From NCBI GenBank assembly GCA_964016885.1, contig OZ024740.1:116932001-116996000 (forward strand): a stretch of DNA of 64,000 nt, read 5' to 3'. The notes below the pieces were generated by a model. The model saw only the letters and a list, made by a program, of their open reading frames with translations, was not told where the DNA came from and did not search any database. Origin of the DNA: Eledone cirrhosa. Lineage: Eukaryota. The position numbers were made by a program, and so were the translations under genes. Of the stretch, positions 42,991 to 57,550 are shown in pieces (positions within the stretch are counted from its first letter, which is position 1; the number at the start of each line of letters is the position of its first letter).

Positions 42991-43004
42991 CACTTCCCTT
43001 TTGA

Positions 43005-43035
<31 letters not shown>

Positions 43036-43094
43036 TGTGTGTGTGCGTGTGTGTGTGCGTGTGTGTGTGGAAAATGTATAATTTGAAATTACAT

Positions 43095-43281
43095 ATTTTG
43101 ATAGTAATGGCTTCAACATGACTAGAGCTGTTTCATACGTACGAAATCGCCAGTAAAGTCCTGAAGATTTCTTACGAATGAAACAGCTCTAGTCATGTAG
43201 AAATCATTTCTATAAAATGAAGACACCTATATTGTACTAATGTCTTGAATAACTTCTTTAACTGTGATCGTCTCCCACTTA
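43095..43281 (+). mobile_element. Fold-back insert with hammerhead-like motif in both arms
   Basis: CTGAAGA(43161) t ttc ttac gaa t GAAA cagctc tagtc. The inverted arm carries ctggcga...gaaacagctctagtc. Stem I is unclear. Confidence 0.55.
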
Positions 43282-43450
43282 TATATCAGGGTTCTACGCG
43301 CACACACAGATATATGTAAATATATATACATTATCTGTGTGTGTGACTGTATATATACATAGATAGATAAAAACACATACATACATCATACATGCATACA
43401 TATGCAAATATATATTCCTGCCGAGGTTTGTGAATATATATATATATATT

Positions 43451-43486
<36 letters not shown>

Positions 43487-43560
43487 AAACACATACATAC
43501 ATCATACGTGCATACATATGTAAATATATATTGTTGCTGAAGTTTGTGAATATATATATA

Positions 43561-43602
<42 letters not shown>

Positions 43603-43978
43603 AAACACATACATACGTCATACGTGCATACATATGTAAATATATAATCCTGCCGAAGTTTGCGAAAATATTTTCAAAGAAAGAAATATATTTAAATAAG
43701 GTAAACTTCAAAGGGAGGACGTACGGTTGTGGTTGGCCATGTAAATGAAACAAGTGTAACAGAAAGATCCTTAATAAGGAACAAATGTAGGAACCTGTAC
43801 AAAATGTAAAACAAACGTTTACTAACAAGCTGTTTCGTATATGAAAATAAAGGGGAGGTGGGTGTTTGTGTGAAATAGGGATTAGCGAGCATGTCTTGGA
43901 TGACATCATTTCCCGAAAAATATTTATTTATACACATCATGTAGAAACACATATATAGGAGCCAGACACACGCACACT

Positions 43979-44012
<34 letters not shown>

Positions 44013-44014
44013 TG

Positions 44015-44074
<60 letters not shown>

Positions 44075-44318
44075 TACATATACTCGTATATATAAATATC
44101 TTTCTCTCTTTTTCTCTCTCTCTCTCTGTCTATATATATATATATGTGTGTGTGTCTATGTGTATGTGCGTGTTGAGTGTGTATGTATGGGTTTGGATGT
44201 GTGTGTTTGTGTGTGCATATATGTACAAACATACATACATTCACTCTCAAAGTGAACCTAATACCAACACTGTCCGTACTGCACTCTTTGTTATTGTTTT
44301 TGTTTTTTACTTATATAT

Positions 44319-44407
<89 letters not shown>

Positions 44408-44523
44408 TATATATAAAAAATTATATATATATACATATATTTATATATAAAATTATATATATATATAAAAAATTATATATATATATATACATATATTTAT
44501 ATATATATACATATATATGGATA

Positions 44524-44588
<65 letters not shown>

Positions 44589-45026
44589 TCGTGTGTGTGT
44601 GGGTGTGTGTGTGCATGTCATCAACCAGCTGGCCAGCCAGCCATATGTACAATCCCAGACACTAATGCAAATACACAGACACATACTCATATTTATACAC
44701 ATATGGACATGCAAATATAATTGATGACTTTCCCATTTTATTTTTCAAAGGATGTAAACATTTTCTTTGTTGTAGTTAAAATAAAGACTCGGATACCTAC
44801 CATATTTATAGCCAGATCTGTTCCACGTAAAGAATAATATTCCCAGCAACCACGCAGATACATTTAATGATGTCATACATATACACATATACATGGATAT
44901 AATTATGTATATATATATATATATATATATTTGTATGTCTGTATGTGTATATATATATATTTGTATATAAATATGTGTGTATATATGTACAAATATATAT
45001 ATATATATGTGTATATATATATATAT

Positions 45027-45069
<43 letters not shown>

Positions 45070-45102
45070 ATGTAAACATGTATATATATATATATATGTA
45101 CA

Positions 45103-45140
<38 letters not shown>

Positions 45141-45170
45141 TATATGTGTGCGTATGTATATATATATATG

Positions 45171-45218
<48 letters not shown>

Positions 45219-45484
45219 TATACACGTGTGTATTTGTATAAACATAATGAGAGACACATGCTTGGAGTGGTATTTACACATATTCTTGTATACGTTTATA
45301 TGCAAACGTGAAAATATATACTTAGACATAATTCATCCCTACATACACATGCAATACAAACACCGACATAGAAATATATATATACATAGCGTGTATATAG
45401 AATATACTATATAAGATATATACACATATATGTATATATGTCTATCTATATATACATATGTATGTATATATATATATGTATATA

Positions 45485-45515
<31 letters not shown>

Positions 45516-45657
45516 GGGAAAATGTATAACCCCGACGGCAGAGCTCAAGCCGTTTCGACGGGGTTATACATTTTCCTATTACCCACTATACTACCCTAAG
45601 TATTGAGTACTCTGGTGCGTTATGGTCCATCTGTTTCCTTACTACACTTCCTTCGTT
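45516..45657 (+). mobile_element. Family A retro-insert with fold-back
   Basis: ggaaaatgtataaccc / gggttatacattttcc inverted pair; family A 3' end; TA on both sides. Confidence 0.8.
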
Positions 45658-45767
45658 ATATATATATATATGTGTGTATACACATATATATATATATATG
45701 TGTATATATATATGTATGTATATACATGTATATATATATATAATATACATACATACATATATATATA

Positions 45768-45849
<82 letters not shown>

Positions 45850-46346
45850 GGTGGCTGCCAACTCGTTTTCGAGTACGGCCACTACTTTATATCCATGTAG
45901 GAGAACCCCTACTGATGCGCTGAACGTGTGTGACTTTTTAGTCCAGCCAGCGACTTGAAAACTCTGTTACAAACACTACACTTGTGATAATCATTGACAC
46001 ATAGTGCTGGTCCCATGTGACGACAAGTTCAGAGAGATCTCCAGTTATAAAGCAATGCCTGTGCCGTGAAGCTTTTATAGGGAGCAAAGGCACTGCACAA
46101 AGCCAGTCCCACTCTCTTGACCAAGATGATATTTACCAAAAAGAAGAACAAGTCAACAGCATTGGATACCATCAGAGTTGCAGGTGTTATATCAGAGTTT
46201 TCCTTCTCCTAGAATTCTGCCTTGACAAAGGCTAAGGGGTCATCTCTCCCGGTGATTTTGGATGGCCATTGACTCTTAAGAGCTCCTTTGCCCTTTGACA
46301 GGTTTTGTTTTTAGTCCTGCAGGATGTCCACAGTCACCCTCCTCAC
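45850..46346 (-). mobile_element. Second copy of the 13307-13857 repeat
   Basis: Colinear and highly similar; flanked by (TA)n. Confidence 0.75.
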
Positions 46347-46350
46347 ATAT

Positions 46351-46406
<56 letters not shown>

Positions 46407-46774
46407 GTAATAGAATTGAAGCTCTATATATTAATATTGTTAGATATAGTAGCTATTTAGCTTTAGGTCAATTCTCACTCAACAGACATGTGATCAAAAG
46501 CGTTCTAGCCGCGATCAGCTCGCCTTTTTATAAACATCTATGACTATATTTTCCAACGTCACGTTTATTTTATATTATTTGAATAGTGTCCGTGTACCAG
46601 ATAAATGAATACATTTAACCAAACGAGATGATTTGTGGTTTGTAGTCCATTTATTTTGATTCCTGAGTTCAATCCACATCGACTTTGTTTTAACATCATG
46701 ATACGCCTTCCAGTTGCTCGATCAACGGAACATCCTAGTCATGAAATTAACAAGTAAGTGGCTGAGCATTCTGT

Positions 46775-47045
46775 GGAGGCTCGTAGTCTAATGGTAAGTG
46801 TGTTGGACTTACGATCATATTGTAGTGGTTTCGATTCCTGGACTGTGTTGTGTGATGTGCTCTTGAGCAAAACACTTTATTTCATATTGCTTCAGTATAC
46901 TCAGCTGAAAGGGAGTACCAGCAATAGCTGGGGATTTAACCCTGCGACTGACTAGCGTCCTTGTACTCTCAGTCGCTTAACGTCACGGAACCCGGCATGG
47001 GCACTCGCCCGCTCAGCCTCCGGACTCGAGACAGACGTTAGACAT
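46775..47045 (+). mobile_element. SINE S2 nested in an S3 SINE (46705-47110)
   Basis: S3 sequence ...gtggctgagcattc is interrupted and resumes at acacgggtatctttaacgtaa. Confidence 0.7.
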
Positions 47046-47299
47046 TTTTTTAGGCAGTACTTTCTTCATACACGGGTATCTTTAACGTAATTTCAAGGAG
47101 AATCAGCGTTAGATAGCATGTGAGGGAGCATATCATTTCATATCATTAGGTCTGGGTCATACAAATATATCTATATATGTCTATATATATGGTTGTCGAT
47201 ATTGTTGTTCTCATCAAAGGAGTACCGACGATAACAAATGTTTTTTTTTAAAAATAAATTCAGACTAAAATATCCAATGTCTACTTTATTTGTAAGCCG

Positions 47300-47625
47300 G
47301 TATGGCAGAATCGTTAGAAGGTCGAATAGAGTGCTTTGTGGTATTTGTTCCGGCTCTCTGCTCTCTGAGTATAAATTCCGACGAAGCCAACTTTGCCTTT
47401 CATTCTTTTGAGGTCGATGAAAAAGTACCAGTTTAGAACTGGGGTTGATTCTTCCTGTTGATTCTTTCTCGCTTCTCCTCTCTTAATTTCCATCCTTCTC
47501 TAAAAGAAATCTGCTGTACTCGAACCTAGAGAGGAATGGGCTCTGCCAGGCTTAAAATACGCATGAAATGCCGTATGTCAATAGGGTGCCACTACGATTT
47601 TTTCAGGAGTTACAGGACCGTACCA
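47300..47625 (+). mobile_element. S1-like SINE with the alternative tail
   Basis: gcctttcattcttttgaggtcgat body; tail homologous to 42733-42840. Confidence 0.65.
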
Positions 47626-47936
47626 TACTATGGTATTATTCACTATGCTGTTATTCCGTAAAAGATTGTCTGTTATGTCACGCAGATCGAGCCACAATAC
47701 ATAGCCCAATCACTCACACACCCTTTTTCTATCCCCATTGACTCATCTTTATGGTCGCGAAATATTGAACCTTTAAAATGCTAATAAATGAAAATAAATC
47801 AAATAAATAAATAAAAAGAAAGTTAAAAGATGTTAAGTTGTTATCAAAGTATTTGTACAACATCGAGTGGTTTAATATATCATCTATAAATAATTATTAT
47901 AGATTGTGTGCGTGTGTTTCTATATGTGTGTGTGCG

Positions 47937-48011
<75 letters not shown>

Positions 48012-48664
48012 TGTGTGTGCGTGTGTGTGTGTGTGTGTGTGTTTGTGCGTATTAACGTAACGTGTGACCATCTCTGGTTTTCAGAATGAATGAAATATGT
48101 CAGATATTGAACGAAATGATTTGGGGGTCAAACTCTACTAACCCGTCACACATTCTCCCTCTCTGTCTCCCTTGTTTCTCTATCTCTCACTCTCCCCCTC
48201 AATCCCTCCATCTATCTCTATCCACTCTCTCTTTATCTTTCTTGATACCGTAACATTTCAGAATCTTTCACAGTGTTTAGATTAAGACGATTCATGTTTC
48301 TTGATTAGCTTTAATCTAGAAAACATACCGGGGAGAAGAATAATTGTAGTAACAGTTGTATAGCTGTATGTGTATATGTACATATACCTTGCTTCCTTCC
48401 TACCTACCTACCTACCTACCCACCTACCTACCTACCTACCTACCTACCTACCTACCTACCTACCTACCTACCTGCCTATCTAACTAATTATTCATCTACC
48501 TATCTACCTACCTAACTAACTATCTATTTACCTACCTACACATACAGAGACATACAGGCATATATACATGTGTGTGTGTGTGTGTGTGTGTGTGCATGTG
48601 TAAGTAATAATTGTGTCAATATTGGACTGACTAACATATGTATGTACATACACAGATGTACACA

Positions 48665-48795
<131 letters not shown>

Positions 48796-49206
48796 ACTAT
48801 TGGATGATGTAATTCAGAATTGCATGAAATGTGATTTGCTCTATTTACGCGTAATCTTGTTTTAAGATTGATTTAGTATCGATTGTGTTTTTTCATTAGT
48901 ATTATAGCTGAAATGAGTAAATGACTAATGACTAATCTTTATACAATATCATAATTCGTTTTTGATTTGGGCACAAGGTCAACAATTTTGGGGAAGGGGA
49001 AAGTCGATTAAATCGTCCCCAGTGCATTTAATTTATCGACCCCGTAAGGATAAAAGACCAGTAAACGGCCGTAACTCTATGCCATAAAGCATGTTGTCCG
49101 ATCTACCACAAACTGGCATCATTCTGTAATGCAGAGGCATGATTGATAACTAAAGACTCGTCATTGACTGATTATCTCCTTTTTATGCTGGCTACTATCA
49201 ACATGT

Positions 49207-49493
49207 GGAGGGACGTGGCCTAGTGGTAAAGGTGTTGGACTCGCGATCATGATGTCGAGGGTTCGATTCCTGGGTTGCGTATTATGTTCTTGAGCAAAGC
49301 ACTTCATTTCACGTTGCTCCAGTATACTCAGCTGGAAATGAGTACCAGCAATAGTTGCCGGTTTAACCCCACGATGGACTGGCGTCCTGTCCAAAGGAGA
49401 GTCTTGTACTCTCAGTCGCTTAACACCATGAAACCGGGATAAACACCGGCCAAATGAGCCTTCTGGCTTAAGACAGACTTTAGACTTGTTTAG
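49207..49493 (+). mobile_element. tRNA-derived SINE S2 (V-domain-like)
   Basis: A box gtggcctagtgg, B box ggttcgattcc, cgatggactggcgtcctgtcca V-like core; 13-bp TSD actatcaacatgt. Confidence 0.88.
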
Positions 49494-49510
49494 ACTATCA
49501 ACATGTCTCG

Positions 49511-49703
49511 CAGACCTGTCAACTCTCCCCGTCGGAGGGGGAGATCTCCCACCCATTTGGGGCTAGGTGAGAGATGTATTCTCTTGTGAAAATGGGTATA
49601 GCTTTCATTATGTAAAATCTCCTCATTTGCCTCATTTCTCGCCGTTTTGGGTCAATTTTTTTCATGGTTCTCTCCATAGGGGTTTTAGAGGTTGGCAGGT
49701 CTG
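49511..49703. mobile_element. hAT-like MITE (193 bp)
   Basis: TIR cagacctgtcaac / gttggcaggtctg; no 8-bp TSD recognisable. Confidence 0.6.
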
Positions 49704-49722
49704 ATCTTGTGTCCGCACTCAC

Positions 49723-49854
49723 CTGACTGATGTTCTCCTCCGTCAAATCGAGGAGAGAATCACACCTGAGGAAGGAGCGATTTGAGGTGGAATGACTTGT
49801 ATAGCGGGTATCACTGGCTGTTTTCGGCTGCAATACTTTTGCCATTTGCTCCAT
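49723..49854 (-). CDS. Candidate first coding exon of an unidentified host gene (44 aa)
   Basis: Unique balanced-GC sequence encoding MEQMAKVLQPKTASDTRYTSHSTSNRSFLRCDSLLDLTEENISQ and ending at a consensus CAG|GTGAGT donor in phase 0. No homology recognised. Confidence 0.35.
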
Positions 49855-50064
49855 TTGGTGCAACCGCTCAGATATACGGTCAAGCCACAAGCAAAGAATT
49901 CCCCCCCCCCCACACACACACCACCGCCACCATCTTCCGTATTTATTTTATTTTTTCTTCTTTGTTTTGTGAATTTTGTAAATTTCGTTCTTAATATGTT
50001 GTTCAAAGAAAGTTTATTCCTTTTTCTCTTTAAATTATTTCACTCGCGGAACTACACTATATAC

Positions 50065-50140
<76 letters not shown>

Positions 50141-50142
<2 letters not shown>

Positions 50143-50555
50143 AAAGAATGAATAATAACAGGTAGGCATCATAAAAAGGTAATTTATTCCGAGTGCTTAC
50201 AAATGTTTCAACAGTAGTTATACAGCCTAGTCATGCTATGTGCAAATTGGTAATTATTAGTTTGCAGAAATTCAATTTTTACTAATAATCACCAATTTGC
50301 ACATAGCATGACTATGCTGTATAACTACTGTTGAAACATTTGTAAGCACTCGGGATAAATTACCTTTTTCTGATATCTACCTGTTATTATTCATTCTTTA
50401 TCTACACTCCGGAATACAGAAGGATCAGAAACTGAGTTTCTTCAACTATTCTTCCATAACTCGTTAAGTAACCCCTCACCGTACGTCAACTCTATCTGAA
50501 TGCAGTAACCATTACTGCATTCAGGATAATCCTAAGCATTTCTTGCATAACCTAA
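50141..50555 (+). mobile_element. Fold-back PLE-like end with about 120-bp arms
   Basis: Arms at 50141-50261 and 50281-50401. Only the GAAA catttg TA agcac half of a hammerhead is present. Confidence 0.7.
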
Positions 50556-50643
50556 TATATATATATATAGTGGTAGAACACTGGAAGGTAATATCCGTAG
50601 TGGTAGAGGACTCAGTCCATGTTCCGTATAACCATGCCCATTA

Positions 50644-50681
50644 CGAGCTGAGGATCCGCTAAGGTGAAACAATTGTTCTCG
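50644..50681 (+). ncRNA. Minimal hammerhead ribozyme
   Basis: cgag CTGAGGA t cc gctaa gg t GAAA caattg TT ctcg, within a TA-flanked insert at 50570-50712. Confidence 0.8.
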
Positions 50682-50711
50682 GTATGGTTAACTAACTGTT
50701 GTGTAACCACT

Positions 50712-50742
<31 letters not shown>

Positions 50743-50760
50743 ACACACACACACACACAT

Positions 50761-50818
<58 letters not shown>

Positions 50819-51228
50819 CAATAAGAATTTATGGTTTCCAAATAAACTGCTAAAAAAAGACATCGACGCAATTAGCTATATTTACAAGTGATTCTTTCTA
50901 ATTAAAAAAAATAATTGATCCTGATTCGAATTGCAGTGGATTGTTCAGCGCCTTTATATCAAAGGCCTTCCCATTATTGTTGTCTTATATATATATATAC
51001 ACCAACGTATTTATGTATTCGCACAGGCAGGCAAATATACACACACATTTATATATGTTGTATATGTAGTTTATGTTGTATAAGTATGTATGTATGTATA
51101 TATACAGAGACAGATTTCGTATTTCTAAAGAAGCACGGTATGTTTACAGGAAACATTTAGGAAGCCGTAGCTATGCAAGCACCGGGGCTAACGCCCTCTG
51201 GTAGTGCCTGGCAGAAACAAGGAGGCCA

Positions 51229-51272
51229 ACCGTCTATGCATTTCAGGTTTGACTGGCCTTCATCAGGACGGT
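51229..51272 (-). ncRNA. Minimal hammerhead ribozyme, intact core
   Basis: Reverse complement: accgtc CTGATGA agg ccagtcaaa cct GAAA tgca TA gacggt; palindromic atgcat. Confidence 0.88.
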
Positions 51273-51502
51273 CCCTCCCACCGCTTGCAACTGCTGGACT
51301 TGAGAGCAGTCGACAATATATAGTTTTCTCGTCTGTGTAAATGAGGTGATTAATCTCATTTGCATATGAAGCTGCATAAGTTGGCTCAACTTATAATAGA
51401 ATAGAAATCGGATTTCGCTTCAGGCATAGATTTATACAGATATGTATAGAGATTTCGTATTTCTCTATACATATCTGTATAAAGCTATGCCTGAAGTATA
51501 TA

Positions 51503-53134
<1,632 letters not shown>

Positions 53135-53139
<5 letters not shown>

Positions 53140-54347
53140 CTTGATCACCTTGACCGACCAGTCTGTTGGGCGTCCATTCGGCGCCGCTGGTCACAGCACA
53201 CTGTCCATTCCTCTCTGGATCGTGTTTTCCTCATCCATGTAGTCCCAATCATATTCCTAAAATCGTAACTCCACCTTCGTGGAGGCCTTGTGAGTGGTCG
53301 TTTCCGCTCCCGCGGCTAACACCCGGCAACTACGTGGGTTCACCGATTATCGGTGAACCGGGCAACGTGTCCAACCCATCTGAACTTGCTGCGGATATAT
53401 TCCGTGATGACGTACCTCACGCTGGACTTCTGTCTGATGACATCGCTCCTGATGTGCTCTCTCAACGAGATTCCTAGCATTGATCTCTCCATGGTTCTTT
53501 GAGCCGTTACCACCCTCTGCTCTTCTCTCTTCGTTGTAGCCCAAGTTTCACTGCCATATAACATTGCAGGTAAAACTGTGCCATTGAAGAGGTTAGCGCG
53601 GGTGGTCTTGTCCAACCTCCCCTTGAACTCATCCCTTATGATGTTGAACGCCTTCCATCTGGCCCTTACTCTCAGCGAGATCTCCCCCTCAATGTCTCGG
53701 CGCATGTTCACTTCTTGTCCTAGGTAAACGTATTCGTCCACCTCCTCTATTTCATCACCGCGAACCACCATTCGACCTGTTGGTACGTTGTCGGACAACA
53801 TGAACTTCGTTTTCATGCGGTTCATCTTGAGGCTGCAGAGCTTTTGATGTCCAGCTCCGTCAGCATGGTCTGAAGCTGATCCGTGGTTTCAGCGATGAGT
53901 ACGATGTCATCAGCGAAACGGAGCTGAGTAAGTATCTCGCCGTTGATGTTGACACCGCCTTGCCAGTCAATGCCTCTGATGATCTGCTCGAGACACGCGG
54001 TGAAAAGTTTTGGAGAGATCGTATCTCCTTGCTTCACTCCCTTCTCGACCGGAAGTCGTACGGGCGATGACAGCCGAGTTATGTCGGTGGTGCAACCGGA
54101 ATTCGCCTCCTTAAGCAGTTGAACGTATTGCGCGTTGATTTCGACGCTGTCGAAGGCCTTCTCGTAGTGTACGAACGCGACGCAAAGAGGCATCTTGTAC
54201 TCTTTCGCTCGCTCAAGCAGTTGTATCAGAGTAAATATGTGGTCCATCGTGCTGTAGTTCTTCCGGAAGCCAGCTTGCTCTCTCGGTTGCTGTTTGTCCA
54301 GATGACGTGATAACCTGTTCAGGATTATCTTCGTGAACAGCTTGTAC
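53135..54347 (-). mobile_element. RTE-clade LINE, 5'-truncated (RT and C-terminus)
   Basis: QAGFRK, GVKQGDTISPKLF, LRFADD, YVYLGQ, MLYGSETW, RWVGHVAR motifs; 3' tail (caaggtgat)x2 abutting (TA)n. Confidence 0.92.
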
Positions 54348-54380
54348 ACAAGCTGTTCACGAAGATATATATATATATAT

Positions 54381-54585
54381 AGGAAAAAGTATGACCCCGA
54401 CGGCAGAGCTCAAGCCGTTTCGACGGCTATTTCTGGACATAAATAGCGTCCTGAAATAGCCGTCGAAACTGCTTGAGCTCTGCCGTCGGAGTCATACTTT
54501 TTCCTATTACCCATTCTACTACCCTAAATATTGAGTACTCTGGTGCGTTATGGTCCATCTGGTTCCTTACCACAATTCCTTCGTT
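54381..54585 (+). mobile_element. Family A retro-insert with about 57-bp fold-back
   Basis: aggaaaaagtatgac...gacggctatttctggac / gtcctgaaatagccgtc...gtcatactttttcct. Confidence 0.8.
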
Positions 54586-54730
54586 ATATATATATGCATA
54601 TATAGTGTCGGTGATTCCGTGAATTACTAGTGTTGGTACCAAAACAAGCACTCTATGCACAGGCAGAGCGTATATATTAGAGAAAACGAGGAACTTTAGT
54701 TTATATGTATAAGATATTTATTGTGTTTGA

Positions 54731-54819
54731 ACCTGTTACGCGTGTTTCACAGGATTGGATCAAGATCGCCCATAGAAATTATGGACCCGGTTCCATATCG
54801 ATCTGCTCCTCAGACTGGT
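54731..54819 (-). ncRNA. Hammerhead motif with extended stem II
   Basis: Reverse complement: accagt CTGAGGA gcag...(internal ccata/tatgg hairpin)...ctgt GAAA cacgcg TA acaggt. Confidence 0.7.
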
Positions 54820-54850
54820 GATGTGACAAAGAAATATAGTATATATATAT

Positions 54851-55270
54851 AAATCAGGAAAGAAGGTTTACATGGTTTGCTATACAAAAAAGTTTTTAAT
54901 CACATAGCTTACATTTGTTTCACTGAACTGGTCTGTCTAGAGATCGCTATCCGCCTAATTTTGCGTCACTCGATCGCCAATACAGAATTATAACCAGTCA
55001 GATCTTCGGAGCATGCGAATTATAACCAGTCAGATCTTCGGAGTAAGCTATGTGATTAAAAACTTTTTTGTATAGCAAACCATGTAAACCTTCTTTCCTG
55101 ATTTATTATTACTCCAAGTGTTTACAACATAGGAATTACAGCATACCCGCAGCATCACTATGAAAACGCCTTGTTGAGTCAAACCAAGCCAAGCGTTAAT
55201 ATCATCCACTACCTGGAATACCATAACTGGACTTCACCTAAGTGGACTGCATTTAACTATTATTTGTTAA
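54851..55270. mobile_element. Fold-back PLE-like end
   Basis: Perfect arms at 54851-54912 and 55042-55104; 27-bp junction duplication; TA on both sides. Confidence 0.8.
54907..55012 (-). ncRNA. Hammerhead motif, CCGAAGA core, extended stem II
   Basis: Reverse complement: gct CCGAAGA t ctgactggt...accagttcag t GAAA caaatg TA agc. Confidence 0.72.
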
Positions 55271-55283
55271 TCCGTATATATAT

Positions 55284-55359
<76 letters not shown>

Positions 55360-55796
55360 TAGCAGTTTTCTGTTAGCATGTGTGGTGTGTATATTGATAT
55401 TATATGCAGGTATATATACATGTAGATATGATATATCAAATAAAATCGTAATTGACAATATACACAGAAATTAAACAAAGACTACGTTACACTGTCTTAT
55501 TTAATCAGTAACGTAATCCATGATACATTAAAAAAAAGACCATATTATATATAAACTGCATTATGAGAAAATTAGCGACAGAAAATTAGTATGTTTATTT
55601 AAGTGATCGCCATCGGAAGTGTTGACATCACACACTCTCTCTTTCTATATATATTGTAGTTGAAGTGATGGTGGTGGAGGCGACGATATAGCGGAAGTGC
55701 AACTTTGAAAAGAAGTCAATTTTAAATTATTTATTTTTACGAAATTATTTTTGTTTACGAAATTTAGTAGATAAATGATGTAATATTCATTCATTA

Positions 55797-55987
55797 CGGT
55801 GAATTGGCAGTATCGGTAGAGGGTCGGACGCCATGCTTTGATGCATAGAGTTACGGCCCTTGCCATTCTGAGTTCAAATCCCGCAGAGGTTAACTTTGCC
55901 TTTCATCCTTACGGGGTCGATAAAATAAAGTACCTGTAATGTACTGGGTTATTGCTGGCCTTGCGCCAAAAAGTAGAAATAATTATT
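55797..55987 (+). mobile_element. SINE S1
   Basis: S1 consensus match. Confidence 0.9.
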
Positions 55988-56401
55988 TATTCAAATAATC
56001 CAACTTATTTTACTAACGGGATAAAAAAAATAAACCGTACGCAGTCCCGCAGACCTTCCTTTATTATATATATATATGAATAAGAAATCGGACTATGTAA
56101 GCTATATTGAATAACAGAGAGAGAGAGAGAGAGAAATACATATATGCAGGCATATATATTTACATGCACGTAAAAATCAATGTGTAAAGATTTCAGATTA
56201 TACCCTCATATATATTTTATTTTAATTTACATATACAAATTAGTATACATATACGAAGCCCTATATATACCCACGCACAAAATCACTGACTGATACTTTA
56301 TATTTACATGTTTTCAAATAGAAAAAGAAACTTATCAATGAGAAATCTCTGTATATGGGAAACTAGTTTGATTCGCCATAACTGCATCTGGTTACATGGA
56401 A

Positions 56402-56462
<61 letters not shown>

Positions 56463-57224
56463 CATGTATTTATTTATGTATGTATGTATATACATACATA
56501 TGTATATATATATATTTATATTTATATATATATATTTTTATATACATATTTATATTTATATATATATATACATATATATATATATGTATATATATATATA
56601 TGTATATATGTATATATGTATATATATATATGAATATATATATGTATATATGTATATATGTATACATATATATGTATATATATATGTATATATATAGGTA
56701 TATATATATATATATATATACATATACACAAACACACAGAGGAGGGGGGGAATTTGATACTGTCAGTAGGTAATATGATGTTATGATAAATTAAATACAA
56801 TATAATCAATATTTCATATATAAGTTTTTTCCCTTTTGCATTGATAAGTCATATGGCATCTGTGTGTTATTATTAAGTTTATATTACATTGCTGGTTATT
56901 CCAGTGCAGTGTTAAGTAAACTAACGATATAGAGTTGTTATGAGATTGAGAATTATGATAAATGTTAGAGGTGGTAATGTTAGATTATATAGTAATGTTG
57001 TTGTTTAATCACACGTCTCGTCTGATCATGTAGTCCTATGATAAAAGGTGTAACCAGCCATGATAATCTTGTCTATTTGTATATCTAGTACTAGTGTGGC
57101 CAATGTGACCTTCCTGCTTTCAAAAAGCAGAAGGTTGTGAGATATACTTGAGAGTGTACTGTTATTTTTAGGTGTTAGAGTACCAGCATAGAGGTTCCTT
57201 CGTTTCGATAGTTACAGCTGTGGT

Positions 57225-57550
57225 AGTGAGAAAGTATAAGATTGCTGTGTAGCCATTTCCGCTCCGATAACAAACGCGCGAGAACAACCGCACCACCTCA
57301 CAAGGATCACACCTGCGGGTAGCCAGTTCCGCTCCGATATCAGTAAGTGGAGATATAGACCGGGGATCAAGAACGCCGGAAATCTCCACTGCTACAGGTT
57401 CTACCACAAACCTGTCAGAGAGCGACCAATATTTTGACAGTTTGCCCTCTTCGGCCTGGAGGGCAGCGACGCCTGGGCTGGTAGACGAACACACAAGGTT
57501 TCCGCTAGAGAATATGTCGCATCGTGTGGTATTCCAGATGAAAGGGCCTA
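57225..57550 (-). pseudogene. CRE-clade non-LTR retrotransposon, restriction-like endonuclease fragment
   Basis: IWNTT.CD...GVAALQAEEGKLSKY...VEPVAVEISG...IGAEL...DP.E...SGN..AIL resembles the C-terminal RLE of CRE elements. Confidence 0.7.

Noticed and set aside
49519-49917. 132-aa ORF as a complete gene
   Set aside because: Its 3' half runs through a hAT-like MITE; only the part before the splice donor was kept as a candidate.
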